Assembly (NCBI GenBank): GCA_002633005.1
Contig: NMRA01000033.1
Span: 622,233-686,232, forward strand
Origin: Phoronis australis
Taxonomy: Eukaryota; Animalia; Phoronida
DNA: 64,000 nucleotides
Direction: 5' to 3'
Shown: one piece after another, positions 12,213-25,787 of the stretch
Numbering within the stretch: the stretch's first letter is position 1
Layout: each line of letters starts with the position of its first letter
Program-made: the position numbers and the translations under genes
Notes under the pieces: generated by a model
What the model saw: only the letters and a program-made list of their open reading frames with translations
The model's database searches: none
Told to the model about the DNA's origin: nothing

Positions 12213-13368
12213 TAAGAAGTATAGTGGATTGTCATCCTGACAGAATCGACTGCATTTTCAGACACTGACATTGAAATACTTGAAAACGACTCAATTCTCT
12301 TATAACATAAATTCAAAAACTCGACAAGCTAAACCCAACCACAAAGCATAGACGTCATAACTATGACTTACGCCAAACAATTTCTCAGTTGCACCATCAG
12401 ATGCAGACAATCAGATTTTCCTGGGCATTGAAACAAAAACAAGAACATTTACAAAATTTTATACACAATAACCACATTAAAATCCACCCAAAGCGTCTAC
12501 AGCAGAGCATAGCCACGTCATTGGCAAAGCAAACAACTAGGCATAACTAATCTAGTGTTCCTGTTTGATAATGCATTATAGACTGGTAAAAAGTACTCTT
12601 CCTTTCTCAGAGTATATGACAGAATGCACTTTAAAATACATGAACAAATGGATTGGACCAGATTGACTCGGTACCTGAACCAAAATAAAGAATGCAATGT
12701 TGATCAGAGAAGCATTTTGAAAACGTACTTTACAAATAAATGCAGGGGAGATAATTGTATAGAGCATGACAAAAATAATCAAAATACCTTTTCCCCGTCA
12801 AGGTGGCTAACAGCAAAAATTACTGGTATTAATAGCCATCATGGCAGCAAAACAGATATTCCATAATGCCTCATCCATTTATGTAACTTTCCTATTAATT
12901 CCTTGACATTCTTGGATTTCAGGGAAGCCTCCTGTGGCAGATGAGTTCAACTTATGCCCAGCCGCCATGAGAGGGCATTGTTGGTCATTTTGTGTCAATA
13001 ATTTTGGGGTAATCTATATAGTATCCGAAGTGACACATGCTGGTTGGCCACTCAAACTATCCTGAATCCAATTCTCCAAACACTAGATCAAACACACAAC
13101 AAAAAAGATTTTCCAGTATGAACATTTTGTCTTGCAGAACCCAATGGGAAACCGACTAATGTACAATACAGAACTATGAAGACATAAGTTTAATCCTGCC
13201 ACTAAGTTGGAGCACCGAGCAAAACCAGGCACTTCCAAAACTTGCCCATAGTGGAACTGTAAAATTGTCATATAACTATCTCTTTGAAGCTACACTCACA
13301 AAAAGCGAAGACATGACAAAGACAAAGAAGACAGGTTGGATAAAAATTCTCTATGTTTTAAAAAATTT

Positions 13369-13854
13369 CTAATCCTCCTCGGTAGGCATGAGTTGAATAA
13401 GAGCTTTGGTATACGCTGCTGCTGTCAGTGCCGCGTACGGGTACCACTCTTTCTTGGAGCCATCGGCATAATCGACAATGGAACGGATCACCACAAAGCT
13501 GTGCTTGCAGTTGCCAATGACACCCTCAAGGACTTGATCGAAACCGCCATCGAAGGCAAATATTCCGTGACGGTAGGCAAAGTCCTGCCGCATGGCATCG
13601 CGGCGCAGAATCTTTCCAGAGCCAATGGCACCAAGTCGTACCATCGGTCGATTGGGGTTGTAGTCAACTTCCGGTGGTGCTGGTGGGTGCTGCACCTCGA
13701 TGACCCCTTGGTCACCGATGGCCATGTAGACACGATCCGTCTCAGGTGGTGGCCGTTCGAAGCTGACCTCTTGACCAGTTAGAATGGACTGACCCTCGGT
13801 GATGTTATCCTGCCATTGGTTGCTTACATCGTCTTGCATGGAGTGAACCAGGTC
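13369..13854 (-). CDS. PNP/UDP-phosphorylase-domain gene, terminal exon
   Basis: Acceptor TTTTGTAG|GAC, phase 0, 162 codons ending in TAG; encodes GAIGSG...IRSIVDYADGSKKEWYPYAALTAAAY, matching the Pfs/PNP C-terminal pattern IRGIsDYAD..K..Wq.YAA..AAAY. Confidence 0.92.
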   Translation of the reverse strand, partial: DLVHSMQDDVSNQWQDNITEGQSILTGQEVSFERPPPETDRVYMAIGDQGVIEVQHPPAPPEVDYNPNRPMVRLGAIGSGKILRRDAMRQDFAYRHGIFAFDGGFDQVLEGVIGNCKHSFVVIRSIVDYADGSKKEWYPYAALTAAAYTKALIQLMPTEED

Positions 13855-15293
13855 CTACAAAAAGAAGGACGATGTATTAATGCACATCAACACAGAATGC
13901 CATCAGATGTCACAAAACCTTCAATCCACGGAAGTCTAGCTACAAAGCGGCATTTCCAAAGAACATTGTGCTCAACTCAGTTTAAACAAGCTTGGCCAAA
14001 GTTGCTGGTGAGTCAACGTGTTTAACACTACATTCTCATTTGAGGTCTTAAATCAAAAAATAAAAAATCAGAGAGTGAGTGTTATGCTGAATGTAAGAGA
14101 AATGCTTTAAAATTCAGGGTGGGCTCTTAGTAGAACGTGGGCATAAACCAAATGTACACACAAAGTAATTCAACCCACATTTGAATTATCTAGCAACCTT
14201 GTTATTCAACAATTGACCTTTTATGGAAAGCGTGCGATGTCATATAGACAAAGGATTGTGGGATAGCAGCCACCACAAGCAACACCACAACTAGACATAG
14301 ATGTATGATCAGCAGAGATCACTTCATTTTAGTAGCATTTCAAGCAGCCAGAAGTTCAGTTTATCATAGATACAAGTGAATAGGTAACAACTATTCAATA
14401 TCAAGTGCCAGCACACAATCGCCTCTGAGACACTTCCTTGCATCTGGATGACTCGAATCCTAAAAATCTATGCTCCAGGAAGCACATGCATCGGATTTCG
14501 CCAATCCACACAAGGTTAATTGTTCGGTTAGGTTGAGTAATATTGGCTGAGGTTGAGTAATATTTGCCATTACTGGATTAAGCACTCCAACTAGGTACTT
14601 CAATGACTACCCACAGTTGATATATGAACAGATGGATAGTTCGTTACTGCCACTGGTGCTGGGTAAGGCAGCGACAGCCCTATGATGCAGCTTAGTCTAA
14701 CCATAGATTATAGACAACAGATTCGCAACACCGACATTTTCTTAAGTAGTACCCTAGAGGAGGCGTCACTCTTACTGATAAATTACCAATTTCAGTTTTC
14801 TGTTAATGAATTGTGACAGGGAAATTCTCTCTATTTTACTGTCCAGTACAATGAGAAAACATGTTCTGCAATGAAATGCTGTTCAAAGTCTTCCGATAAT
14901 AGAACTGTTGGTATCGTTAGTACTTTTGGCATGCAACCACACAACAACTGATCACAATTAGCAGACTGCGTACTTGCTGGAAGTATAACTTTACCTTGCT
15001 AATTTTGCCAGGTGTCACTAGTGAGAAGCTCCTCTTGTCTACGATATACTTTTACTCAAGAAATTTAATAAGCACTTTCAAAAATTCCAAGAACCCCAAA
15101 AACTGAGCACGAATTTCCAAATAAAAGAAATGTCAAACTTCTTAGATTTTAACGCAGTTACTATTTTTACAATTACTTTCACTCTTTTTATTGCTATCGC
15201 TAGTTTGACTCATTAAATATGTATTTTGTGATTTAATTGAAGTGATACATATTTCCTAACGTGATTGAGAACAGTGACTGAAGGCTTCCTAAC

Positions 15294-15517
15294 CTGTAGC
15301 AGATTATCTCTGGGTGCAAACGTCTTCAAGGAGAAGCTGATCTCGCCCGTCTTGGAGTCCTGCAAGATCTCCTTGCACTGGATGTACAGGTAGCCCTTGT
15401 CGTTGGGCGTGGACACGACCACGTCGCCGAGACGCGGGTGCTTGTAGAAGTTGGTGAAGTGTGGCACGCCGCCAGCGGTGCCCACCAAAATCACATGCTC
15501 GACATCAGCAAAGGAAC
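15294..15517 (-). CDS. PNP-domain gene, internal exon
   Basis: TTTGCAG|GT to CAG|GTTAGG, 224 bp, phase 1 to 0; VILVGTAGGVP...RLGDVVVS is the typical PNP_UDP motif. Confidence 0.92.
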
Positions 15518-15979
15518 CTGCAAATGCAGATGAGGACAGTGAAAAGGAGAAAAATCTCTGGCCCACAAAAGACTGTTTTAATGTGTCTTTGAACAATGTT
15601 ACCATCAAAAGCAACAGCCACTTCCCCACTACTTAACTGCGACACCAATTGTTGCACAGTGACATTCACACTTCTTTTGTTTGTTCTTTTGTTGTACTAC
15701 AGGTTCCTATTTGGACTATAGAACTTGTCTACACCGTGTAGAAGAGCTGGGAGAGTCATACCAGTTCATCAATATCTGATTGATGCAATTGAAAATAACC
15801 AACACAGACACTACTAAATTAACAATTTAAGATAGCTATGGAATCAGTCTTGCAAACTGATGAAGCTACGTCGCTACTCTAGCATGACATTTCGATAATT
15901 TGAGAATAAATCCCCTGTCCTGGATATAATTTTCTCCTTTTAATGACCAAACGTATTTCCATGGGTATCATAAACTCAC

Positions 15980-16105
15980 CGAGTAATCTTGTCGTGGCAT
16001 TTCCAGAAGAAATCTCAGATGCCCTGCCTTTACCAATAGAAGCTAGCTTGGTGGTGACAACCTTGTGATTACCAATGTAACCAATGGTATAAACATTAGA
16101 CTCTC
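15980..16105 (-). CDS. PNP-domain gene, internal exon
   Basis: CTTGTAG|GA to G|GTGAGT, 126 bp, phase 1-1; GESNVYTIGYIGNHKVVTTKLASIGKGRASEISSGNATTRLL, matching the Y.lG.IG.H.VV motif of Pfs-like domains. Confidence 0.92.
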
Positions 16106-16685
16106 CTACAAGTAAATCAACAACAAGTTGTACAATTCAGAACCAAGACCATACCCCATTTATCAGCCATCAGGAAAGTGCAAGTCGTTTATGTAATATT
16201 TTTCGATTACTTTCATCATAGAATAGCAGTGGCTTCGCCAAGAACACAAAAATTAGAATTTGCCAGAGCAGAATGAACAAGACAGTCATACTAGTAACAA
16301 GAGGCAAGATGAAACATCAAAATGACATCTCTTTTTGTTCATAGTGACTGTGTATTGCCAATTCCTTAAGGCCGGAAACCCATTTCTAAATTGCTCATGG
16401 AAAATTGAGTTCAGTTTATGAGGGGTGAATGTAAAGTCAAGATTGTCATAGTTCACATGAAGTCCCAACATTACAGAAATCGACTAAATGATCTCTAAAC
16501 CCAAGGGTCTTCATTGAGCATTTATCCACACAAGATTAATTACATTATCTTCCACAAGGTGGCACTCACTTTGTAAGAATTGTAAGGTGCTCTGCAACAA
16601 CCAGCACATAAACTACACAGCAAGTTAATTTTTCTGCAAAGTTGGAGATGTACATTAATCATATTTAAAAAACTACTGCACACAC

Positions 16686-16844
16686 CTTGTGTCTGGTATC
16701 TCATGTAAGTTGTTTTTTCTTCCATCATGGCGTCGACTGCCAACTTCTCGTAGTAGTGAGCAGTGATGATGGCAATTGTAGGTTTGTTGTCACGAGAGCC
16801 CATCTGCATAGGGAGCTGTCCACCCACCATGGTCTGTGACTCTT
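16686..16844 (-). CDS. PNP-domain gene, internal exon (start of PNP fold)
   Basis: CTTTGCAG|AA to G|GTGTGT, 159 bp, phase 1-1; PTIAIITAHYYEKLAVDAMMEEKTTYMRY. Confidence 0.9.
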
Positions 16845-17699
16845 CTGCAAAGGAGAACAGAAATGCCGTCACCACAAGTTTTTGTAACCATTTTGAAACT
16901 TAGAACAAGAATTTACAGTAGTATTTAAATAACGTAAGTTAAGCTCACTATGACAACACTTATGTCCAAAACCCCGTTTTAACCATTGACATGTCTACTG
17001 AGGACAATAGGAAATATTTTCTTAATTGGTTGCACTGGTAATTAATCGCATAATCTAAAAAAACAATCACATTATTTTCCCATGAAATTTATTGATGTCT
17101 AGGAATTAGAAACTTACTGACTACAATGGTGCGACCACACGTCAAAATTGCATACAACCTAATCATAGGCTTGACATTGGAAATGAAATCTCCATAAATG
17201 ATAAAGCATTGACTTGCATTGTAACCTTTATTAATAGGTGATAAATGACCAAGTGGTTAAAAAACTTGATACGCAACAGTGAGGTGAATTATCATATCCG
17301 TCTTAGCTATTGCAAAACGCTTTGCGAAATAAAGGTCATTACAAGGACATTTTGTCATTGTCTAGCTGTCAATGTTGAATTCTTAACTGAAATTCAATAG
17401 AGTTTAAAAACATTACCACACTTATCCCATTGTGAACTGTTGCCAAATGAGCCACCAACTCAAGTCACAGACAAAGAGTACTAGAAGCGGTCAACCTCAA
17501 TAAACGCTGAAGCCTTTTCTCGATTTGCTGACAATTTGAATGTTCTTGTTGGTAACTTAGATCGAGTCCTATCATGGTAAGGAATATGACAAGACTGATA
17601 CACAAGCTTAAGAGGCTCGATTCGCTTTTCAGGTTTTGGCAGCTGAACGCCAAAGTTTTAAATAAAAGTTTTCCATTATTAAATCGATATAAAACTCAC

Positions 17700-17824
17700 G
17701 AGTCTCTTCACCCATCTTGACTTTTCTTCCAAAACAATTGGAGTCTTCAAAGTACTGTACAAGGTCACGATCCCGCAGATTCTGCATAATCGTCATCACC
17801 GAATCACTGTTGGATTCTGTTATC
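17700..17824 (-). CDS. PNP-domain gene, internal exon (possible winged-helix segment)
   Basis: ATTGTAG|G to C|GTGAGT, 125 bp, phase 2 to 1, in frame with both neighbours; ITESNSDSVMTIMQNLRDRDLVQYFEDSNCFGRKV. Confidence 0.85.
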
Positions 17825-18284
17825 CTACAATTGAACAATACGCCTCCTACTATTACTAACACCAGAAAAACAGCGAAACTTAACATTACAGTACTCATTC
17901 TTAGAGGCAAATCACATCAGTAAAGTTGACAATACCAAACCGTACCAATGTAGAACATGAGTTCCACTCCTGCTCTTGTGGTCACATAATCAGACGGACC
18001 ACATGCACTTTCTTGATGTAAACTGGTCAGTTTGCTTGATGACCTACTGCTGACCTAGATATGCATTAGCACCACCTGGTGGTGATGTTGGCCACTGCTT
18101 CCACACTATGTTCTAAAGACCCACCACATTGAGACAGGCAGGTTACTGCATACATAAGACTTGGTCGTGCTGTTCAGTGGCACGAGCATACTTGTTGAAT
18201 ATAAACCCGTAGATTTGAAAGCAATCCACTAGTCATATAGCCATGCACTGATGTCACCTGGTGGCGAAGACTGTCAACACCCAC

Positions 18285-18423
18285 CTTACTACATCTTCAA
18301 GTCCTAAAACATTGGGATAGGCCGACTCCAGCACGTATAAGACTTGTTCTTCCAGGATCTCGTCTTCGGTTCGTTTGTCCTTCTTTTCCATGCCTGTAAC
18401 AGTTCCGTCAAATGTATCAAAAT
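18285..18423 (-). CDS. PNP-domain gene, internal exon
   Basis: GTGGCAG|AT to AG|GTGGGT, 139 bp, phase 1 to 2; DEILEEQVLYVLESAYPNVLGLEDVV. Confidence 0.85.
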
Positions 18424-21388
18424 CTGCCACTATACAATGCCTATCAACTTGCGAGTGAATTAAAACGAGTGTTGGAACACAAAAAATGTGCAGAAAACAA
18501 TGATTCTTGAAACACATTCCTGTGGTAAAGTTTCTTCAAAATTGTTGTAAAACACACATGAAATGTTCTGGGAATTGCCTTGATTTTCTGCCAAGTTATG
18601 CGGGACCTCCATTTCAGCAATAACTTGTAGCACGCCAAGTTTATTGTACTAAAAACACTGGAAAAAGCACCACCTTCAGAGAGAGTGAACAACTACATTT
18701 CAGCTACAAATTAGTAATTTGTGTCTTATTTTTTAGCGAAAAAAAAAAACAAAAAACCTGTTGCCATTGACACAAATTTACAACATATTGTCTGAAAGTA
18801 GCTATTGTACAAAACTTCAACATGGATTCAGTTTGGTACTATATATCTTTCATGGAAAAATGATGACAACAAAAATTCACTTGTCAGCCATATTGTGCCC
18901 TAAATAGGAAGAGTTTAGCCGAATTCATCCACATATTTTGTAAAGTGGATGTTGAAAAAGTTTGTAAAAATTAAAGGATTTACCTAGGCTCAAGAAAACC
19001 TACTTTTCTGAAGCTTATTATTCCTAGAGCACCATTTGCTGGTTTTGTTGAGAGTGTGAACATAGTGATTCAGAAAACATTTATGGCCTTGACCCGCAAG
19101 AAACACACACTGGTGAATACAGACATGACCAAGTGTAGATGCAAAGATAGGGTGCCTCCTCGACAGCTGCATGTTAAACTCGAGAACTTTAACTATTTTT
19201 TGATAAAACAAGAATCACATAACATTCAATAAAACAACTAAAATACGGGCTGCAAAAGTATTGCGCTACATTACCTACGAACACGTAAAATGAGTAAATT
19301 TCTGCAAAAGATGTATATCCCAGCTTGGCCTTATATTCGAACAAAAGGTCTAACAACTGCATAAAAGAATATGCACATCCAAATTAAGCAACTTTCCGCC
19401 TTGTGCAAAAGAAGTTCAAACATTTGAGCAAATATCAATTTTCACAACAGTGTGCGGTGTTCCATGATATTCTGAAAAAATACTATTGGCAAGTGCAAGA
19501 CTTAGCCGCTCTGCACAGTTCCATACTCAGACGCAAAAAAGTTCAGAGTTCCCAGCTTGAACCTTGTAACTGCTTACGTCATGGCTAAAAGGCCGTAAGC
19601 TAGATAAAAATTTGAATGTCATGGACCCATATTTGAACATAAGCCAATGCACATGTCTCTGAGAACATGGCATTTTTTCAACAATTTTATGTCATTTTGG
19701 GCTTACATGCCTAACTTATTGATCATCTGTTCCAATACAAGATGCGGTGAATACATCAACTGACACAAGATGTGAGACTCAGAACGGATTCAAGATGGAC
19801 TAGACAAAACCAAACAAAACAGCTTTCCTTCAGTGAAACCACAGGTAAATGAGTGCATTATTCTTCTAAAAGTAGTTAAAATGAATATTTAACAACATTT
19901 TTGAACTTCAGAGAAATGAAACTAATGCGGTGTAATTCAGGTTTTGGAAACAAATTTGTCCTGGAACAACAAGACATTCATTTTTCAGCAGTTACCCATT
20001 AGTCTTCACCCTGCATCACTGAAGGCATTGAAAAAACATAGTCGACAAGAGTTTTTTAGTCACAATTTGACATGTACTAAAGCAAATTTGTGTATACCAA
20101 CGGATGCTAAAAACAACACACAGTGCACAATTTGCCCAAGGCATAGACAAGTGAGGATCAATTATAGATTTACGTCAGTGAACAGACAACATTTTGCTGA
20201 GATGAACATTTCCAATCTGGACTGTTGGTTTCTTGGAACGTACTCCAGCTGTTCAAAAGTGTCCATTGGTGTGCATCGTACAATTCAGAATTTTTTAGAA
20301 TGCTAAAAAGTCAATGCAATGGCTTTTTCAATTTTAATTCATTAACTAAGTACTTTGTAGGATTTATAACTAACACATATATGTAAATTAAGGGGAAAAT
20401 CACTATGGAAGGTCAATTTTCATGTAACATCCCTAAAAAAGAAATGGATCCTTTTTAAATGTGCCATCTCTCAAAAAGGATGTATTTTGTAGTGCCAACT
20501 ATCTAAAATGGTGGAAAACCCAATTTTCAGCGTCATAATAGTGTGTTTCATGAATAACTAAGCTTATAGCTTCTATCCAAATGCATTAGCCAGGTAAGAG
20601 AAATTGTCTTTTTATAGTTTTCAACAGGTGGTCCTTGGCAAGCTAGCTTTGCAAAATACTGGCTATCAACTGTTATGACTCATGGCCGACATGCATGGAT
20701 TTCAGCATTTTGACTGTGCGTCTGTCAAAAAACACTCCTGGTCTCTCAAGACTTCACTTGGACTAAATATGAATCAAGGACAGAGCAATGTGTCCTACTC
20801 AGTTTGTTGTCTTCTACCCTCATTTCAGGGATTCTATACACGGTGTGTGGAAGAAACTGCTGCTGTGGAAACTTGCTCTGGGAAATCATTGGATTCAATC
20901 GTATTGGGGCAGAAGTGAACGTGAGATGACCAGACCTGCATTAGGGAATCACTGATTCTTCAGGGCAGACAAGTGGAAACAGTGATGGTTGTGGACGCTA
21001 TCTGTGGACAGTAACTTGGGTCCAATGCCAAGCATCAAGGACAGAGAAATGTGACTTATCTCAGGATGAGCCTGCTGACTATGTAACCATAAGAGGGTTC
21101 TCGTGAGTTTCAAATCAGGTGTTTTGTGCAATGGGCTACGACTTATGTGGACTGCCCATGTTCAATGCAACTCATTAGACCGCCTGGAAACTTTTTACCC
21201 ACAACATCCAGTCTGAAAGCAGTACTTTATTTTTGCCTCTTAGTTAGAAATTACAGTGTATCAGGCCTTCTCTAGAGCATCAGGCCCATGGAAGAATGTT
21301 CGTTAAAACTGTAACAACACGGATCCAGATTGGAAATGGTCAACAAGACAAATGATTAACGACACATGACTACAAACCCCCGACTCAC

Positions 21389-21400
21389 CTTCTGTCCCTT
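21389..21400 (-). CDS. Candidate 12-nt frame-preserving microexon of the PNP-domain gene
   Basis: GGCACAG|AAGGGACAGAAG|GTGAGT; branch point TACTAAC at 21487-21493(-), then ~85 nt pyrimidine-rich and AG-free; phase 1-1. Confidence 0.7.
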
Positions 21401-22769
21401 CTGTGCCACCAAGTAAGCAGAGCGAGAAAAAGACGGAAACAAAAGCAAAGCGTGAGACACGTGACAGTGAACAATACAAGAACACAGTTAGTATGAAGCA
21501 CTACCATTCACCTCTTTCCTAGAAAAAGAATGATGAATTATGGGAAATACATGCAGTACTGCTAAAATGAGTTGTGTACAAACTACCGTAATTCATCATT
21601 CTGGGCCGAGGAAATGTGAACAATAAAGCAACGCCCATATTAGGTATGCGCTAGAGCAATCGTCCAAAGGCCTATTGGATATAAAAGCACCTCTAAACTC
21701 CTTTCCTGTACAATGATAACACTGTTCACATTGGGACTAAGTTTCACAAAAATTTCAACATACAGGCTAACGTGGAAAGCTTGGTAGATGGATATTGGCA
21801 CTTGCTGGATTTATGAGAAAATGGCAGTTAAAATGACCCACGTTTTGGACAAAACCTTGCTAAGGTTACCCTGTTATCGAATGCAAAAAGTGTTCAGCAT
21901 AACAAAAGAATAGGTCTATAAGTTTACGGGCAGAAATTCACTTCAGTTATCCAAAATAAATGCGTCATTCCATCACATTTATGACAGTAAATAGAATATT
22001 GTTAATGAAACAAAACCATGGTTATCTCAACATGCCGTCAACAAAGTAACTCATCTGGAAATTAGGAACCAAATCAAAACGAAATTGAAATCCATTTCAA
22101 CCAAGGATACATGCTCATTCAAATTGAGATGAAAATAATACTGGGTTATGGATAAAAATATTATCCAAAAATCTCAGGTTTAAGAATTAAGGAAACTGAC
22201 AATTCAATCTGGACAAGCCAGTAAAGGTGAAAAAACTCCATGTTGGATTTGTCAAATCTTGCACCGATCATTGCCTACTTAAGTAAAACATTTGAACAAT
22301 TGTGCCTTGTTGTGCCTTAAATTACACTTAAACCATTTTGCAGAAGAAACTAGTTGATTTCTCAATTTCAAATGCCGAAAAATTGGCTTACTTTCTTAAA
22401 ATCAGGAGAACTTTGTGTGATTTTAAAAGAACTGAGAATACTTGGTCATTGAGAAATAAAAAATAAAATAACAGAAATGTCATCCTCAACAAACAAACAG
22501 ATTCATAACTTTCTAAATAAGCATGTCTAAGTGTTAAAGTAAAGAGGCTATTCTTAGATAAAGTTGTTAACCTTAACTTGAACTGCAAAGTTTGCAATAC
22601 ATCCTGATTTAAAGGAAGACGAGAAAATACTTTTATGTAAACAAACATCTATAGGGTGTCATGAATCGGAGGCAATAAATTTCAGCGATGCTCAATGCAA
22701 GATCTGTTTTAAATACGCAAGCAGAAAAATTCAAATGGTTTCACTGGGCATGCTCGTAACCATGGTTAC

Positions 22770-22868
22770 CTGTGACGGACATCGGTTGTCCTTCTGACGT
22801 GTGAAGCATGGTGGATTGATTAGAATAGTGTGTTAGGCTAGTGATCGTATCGCGGAAGTAGTGATACT
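22770..22868 (-). CDS. PNP-domain gene, candidate symmetric (possibly alternative) exon
   Basis: TTTCTCTCGTAG|AG to G|GTAACC, 99 bp, phase 1-1, open frame YHYFRDTITSLTHYSNQSTMLHTSEGQPMSVT. Confidence 0.65.
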
Positions 22869-23608
22869 CTACGAGAGAAACAAACAGGAATTCCGAGGAT
22901 TTCAACGGAATAAGGAATAAACAGTTTCTAGAAAATCAAGTAAAAATATGAGCCAGAAAACAAAGTATTGAAAGTTTGATGATAAGGTGCCTAATGAAGA
23001 AAAATAAAAAGAGACCTCATCAGAATTTAAAGGCTACGATTAAAATGGAGACAGGTGTACTAGATGGAACAGTTACAATAAATTAAGCGAGTCTACTATA
23101 AGTGAACGATGACCGAGTTGGTGGGCAACAAAATGCAGAGCATGAATGGCAATGAATACATAAAGCACTAGTATATAGCTGCTAACAAGTCTGGCCAAAA
23201 GAAAAGTTGCAAGACTGCCAAACTGTTAAGCACAGCATCTGTGACATTCAAAATTTGTATTTTGCAAGTGAAAACTTGTACAATTTCTAATATATTTTCG
23301 GATAGCTTAAATTTCGAATGATGGTGTGATATACCCTAAAACAATTTAATTTCATATGGTGCTTAACTAAAAAAACTGACACTACGTAAAAATTCAGCTC
23401 ATCAGATTAATTTTTTTTTTGGCCTTTTCTGTTGGCATGGTTGATTTCTCCCCGCCGAACCATGGCCCAGCAAATCGCAATATCTTGTAGTAATTACTGA
23501 TCCAAACTGATGTGATAGGCGTCCGGGTTCTCAGTGATAAGTCACTGTGACGAAGCGTCATGAATTCCTTTTCTTGTTTTCTAAATCTAATCTTATTCCT
23601 TGGAATAT

Positions 23609-25581
23609 TTAACATGACTTTCAAAGCAGACGATATCTGACAATGCAAAGCCAAGTAAGTGCTATTTTCATTGGTCAGTCATTCACGAACTGCAACTGAC
23701 CAATAATGAAAGGGAAATCTTGTATGCAAATTAAATTACACAATAGTACTCAGGATACGTTATATTAAGCTCTGGACTATTTCCGTCCTTATCTGGAGTT
23801 TTCTGCCTTGATCATCACTGATGGAGCTTTAAAACTGATAATTTCAGAAATATTTCAACTTTCAGCTGATTTTTTTAAGATGAAGTAACTGCTCAAAATT
23901 TGAAAACCCGTACAAAGTGATTTTTAAGTTCTAAAAGTATGTAGAATACGGATAACTCCGGAACAGTTGGCAGCCCCGAAGATGTTTTTCAAGAAGACAT
24001 GGTAGATCTAAGCTGTTTTGCCCAAAAAACTCTCTGTGGACAAAGTTGCTGATCCACCACCGACCAACATCCAGATTTGAATCCCTTGGAGAGATTTCAT
24101 CTCTAATGCACTGTTGTAGTTTTTCAAATGCATTGCGCGACAACGGAGTGCATCGGGTGACATCACAAAAGACAATTTGTGGACATGTAACCCGATTCAT
24201 AATTTGCATTCCATGATCAGATGGCACGTGCCTCCAGAATCTTTCATGATTCTATTCATTTTGAGGCTTGATTTCGATTCTATTTTGTTATAATAGTCAA
24301 TTTACCGTAATTGCACTAAAACCATGTTGCAGTACACCTGTGCTTTCAACTTTGGTTCACATAAGTGACAAGTGACATTCCCCATAGCATTGTTTAGAGG
24401 TCAGCAGGTCATCTGTGACATCACCAGATGGTTAGGAGCAGACAACCACCCAACAAGGAATTCGAAAAACGACAACAGTGTTAGTTATGAAATGCCCCAA
24501 ATTATGAATGCTGATTCTCTAACAAGATGAAACAGAGTCGCGTCAAGAACAAAGCGAACAGATAGAGAATTATGTTGTGATTTTTGAGAATAGAAACAGT
24601 ATTGCAGAACACTACATAGCTCTAAGTGAAAGTAATTTCCAAAATGATACGTGAGCAAGGAAGCCATAATTTGATTTCATAGGAAACACATGATGCCCGT
24701 ACACAAAACATTTAGTCATAAAAATCCAATTTCACAAACTTAGTGCATTAACAAGAATTCAGGCAAATCCAAAAATGGCATTTTTGCTCACAAGCATTTC
24801 ACATTTTTGAAGACTTTCACTACTGCATAAAAGAAGCCAAACGCATAACAACATGGCTAATAGTAAGACTTCCTATTCTCATTTTATGTCACCCGCACAG
24901 ACCTCTTGCCAGCTCAACATTTAAATAAATTACATGAAAAAAACGAGCTCTAAATTATTTCTCTACATCCTACAACTGACTTCCCCTTTATTATATAAAT
25001 GGTAGACCATGTACCTTGTTCAGCCTCCTCTTGAGTGAGCAGGGTCAGTTCGACGTCGACCTTTCTCATGAACAAGTACATCTTAGACTGCATCTGTTTC
25101 ATACATTTCTTGATGAACTGTACATATTCTGAAAGGTGAGTCACACTTTAGCAAAGACATACAATTGCAAACGTACTCAATAGCTCCAATGACAGGCATC
25201 CAGAAACAAAACAATGAACTCTTGGTCAAGAAGACACCTCATGGGTATAGAAAACAAAATATACTTATGACAATTTTGCAGCAATAGGTAACTTAATTGT
25301 TTCAATTTTTTCCTTGCTACTTTACAAACTTAATTTAAGACATTGGAGATAAGTTTCTCTAGTTTTCTAATGAAATCTAAACTTCTTGGCATGCGTAACG
25401 CATTACCTCTTGGAAAGTCGTCGGGTTGAACAAGCTCCCTGAAAAATTCGTAGGCAGTAGTAACGCGGTCCAAATATGTGGCCTCCTCAACAAACCAGAA
25501 TTTGAGGACCCGCCTCTCAGGTAGGTGCTGATCCGTCTTCCTGTCAATCATCCAACACTTGAACTCCAGTTGGAGCTGTGG
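23609..25581. repeat. Copy A of a ~2-kb direct duplication (copy B 26361-28384), with duplicate exons 25015-25128 and 25407-25581 (cut by the gap)
   Basis: Collinear with copy B from TTAACATGACTTTCAAAGC to TGGAGCTGTGG; exon sequences look identical, intron sequence shows scattered SNPs and small indels. Confidence 0.95.
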
Positions 25582-25787
25582 NNNNNNNNNNNNNNNNNNN
25601 NNNNNNNNNNNNNNNNNNNNNNNNNNNNNNNNNNNNNNNNNNNNNNNNNNNNNNNNNNNNNNNNNNNNNNNNNNNNNNNNNNNNNNNNNNNNNNNNNNNN
25701 NNNNNNNNNNNNNNNNNNNNNNNNNNNNNNNNNNNNNNNNNNNNNNNNNNNNNNNNNNNNNNNNNNNNNNNNNNNNNNNNNNNNNNN
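25582..25787. other. Assembly gap (206 N)
   Basis: Run of n characters. Confidence 1.

Noticed and set aside
7834-13368. Search for a 7SK RNA gene near HEXIM
   Set aside because: No paired GAUC-GAUC 5' stem with a 3' hairpin and oligo-T seen by eye here or elsewhere; a covariance-model search would be needed to exclude it.
14410-14515. tRNA-like A/B-box pattern on the minus strand
   Set aside because: No cloverleaf can be built; at most a decayed SINE head.
15855-15900. CTGATGA hammerhead-ribozyme core candidate (similar CTGAAGA at 41779)
   Set aside because: No stem II followed by GAAA in either case.
18204-18222. miR-100-like AACCCGTAGAT
   Set aside because: Only 11 nt match and no hairpin; expected by chance.
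20700-21215. Exon-like GC-richer stretch with acceptor-like sites in a PNP-gene intron
   Set aside because: The phase-1 frames from both candidate acceptors hit stops quickly and no suitable donor was found.
23931-24227. Duplicated ORFs MPSDH.MQIMNRVT (also 26757-27011)
   Set aside because: Intronic, the two copies diverge by a frameshifting indel, and no domain is recognisable.
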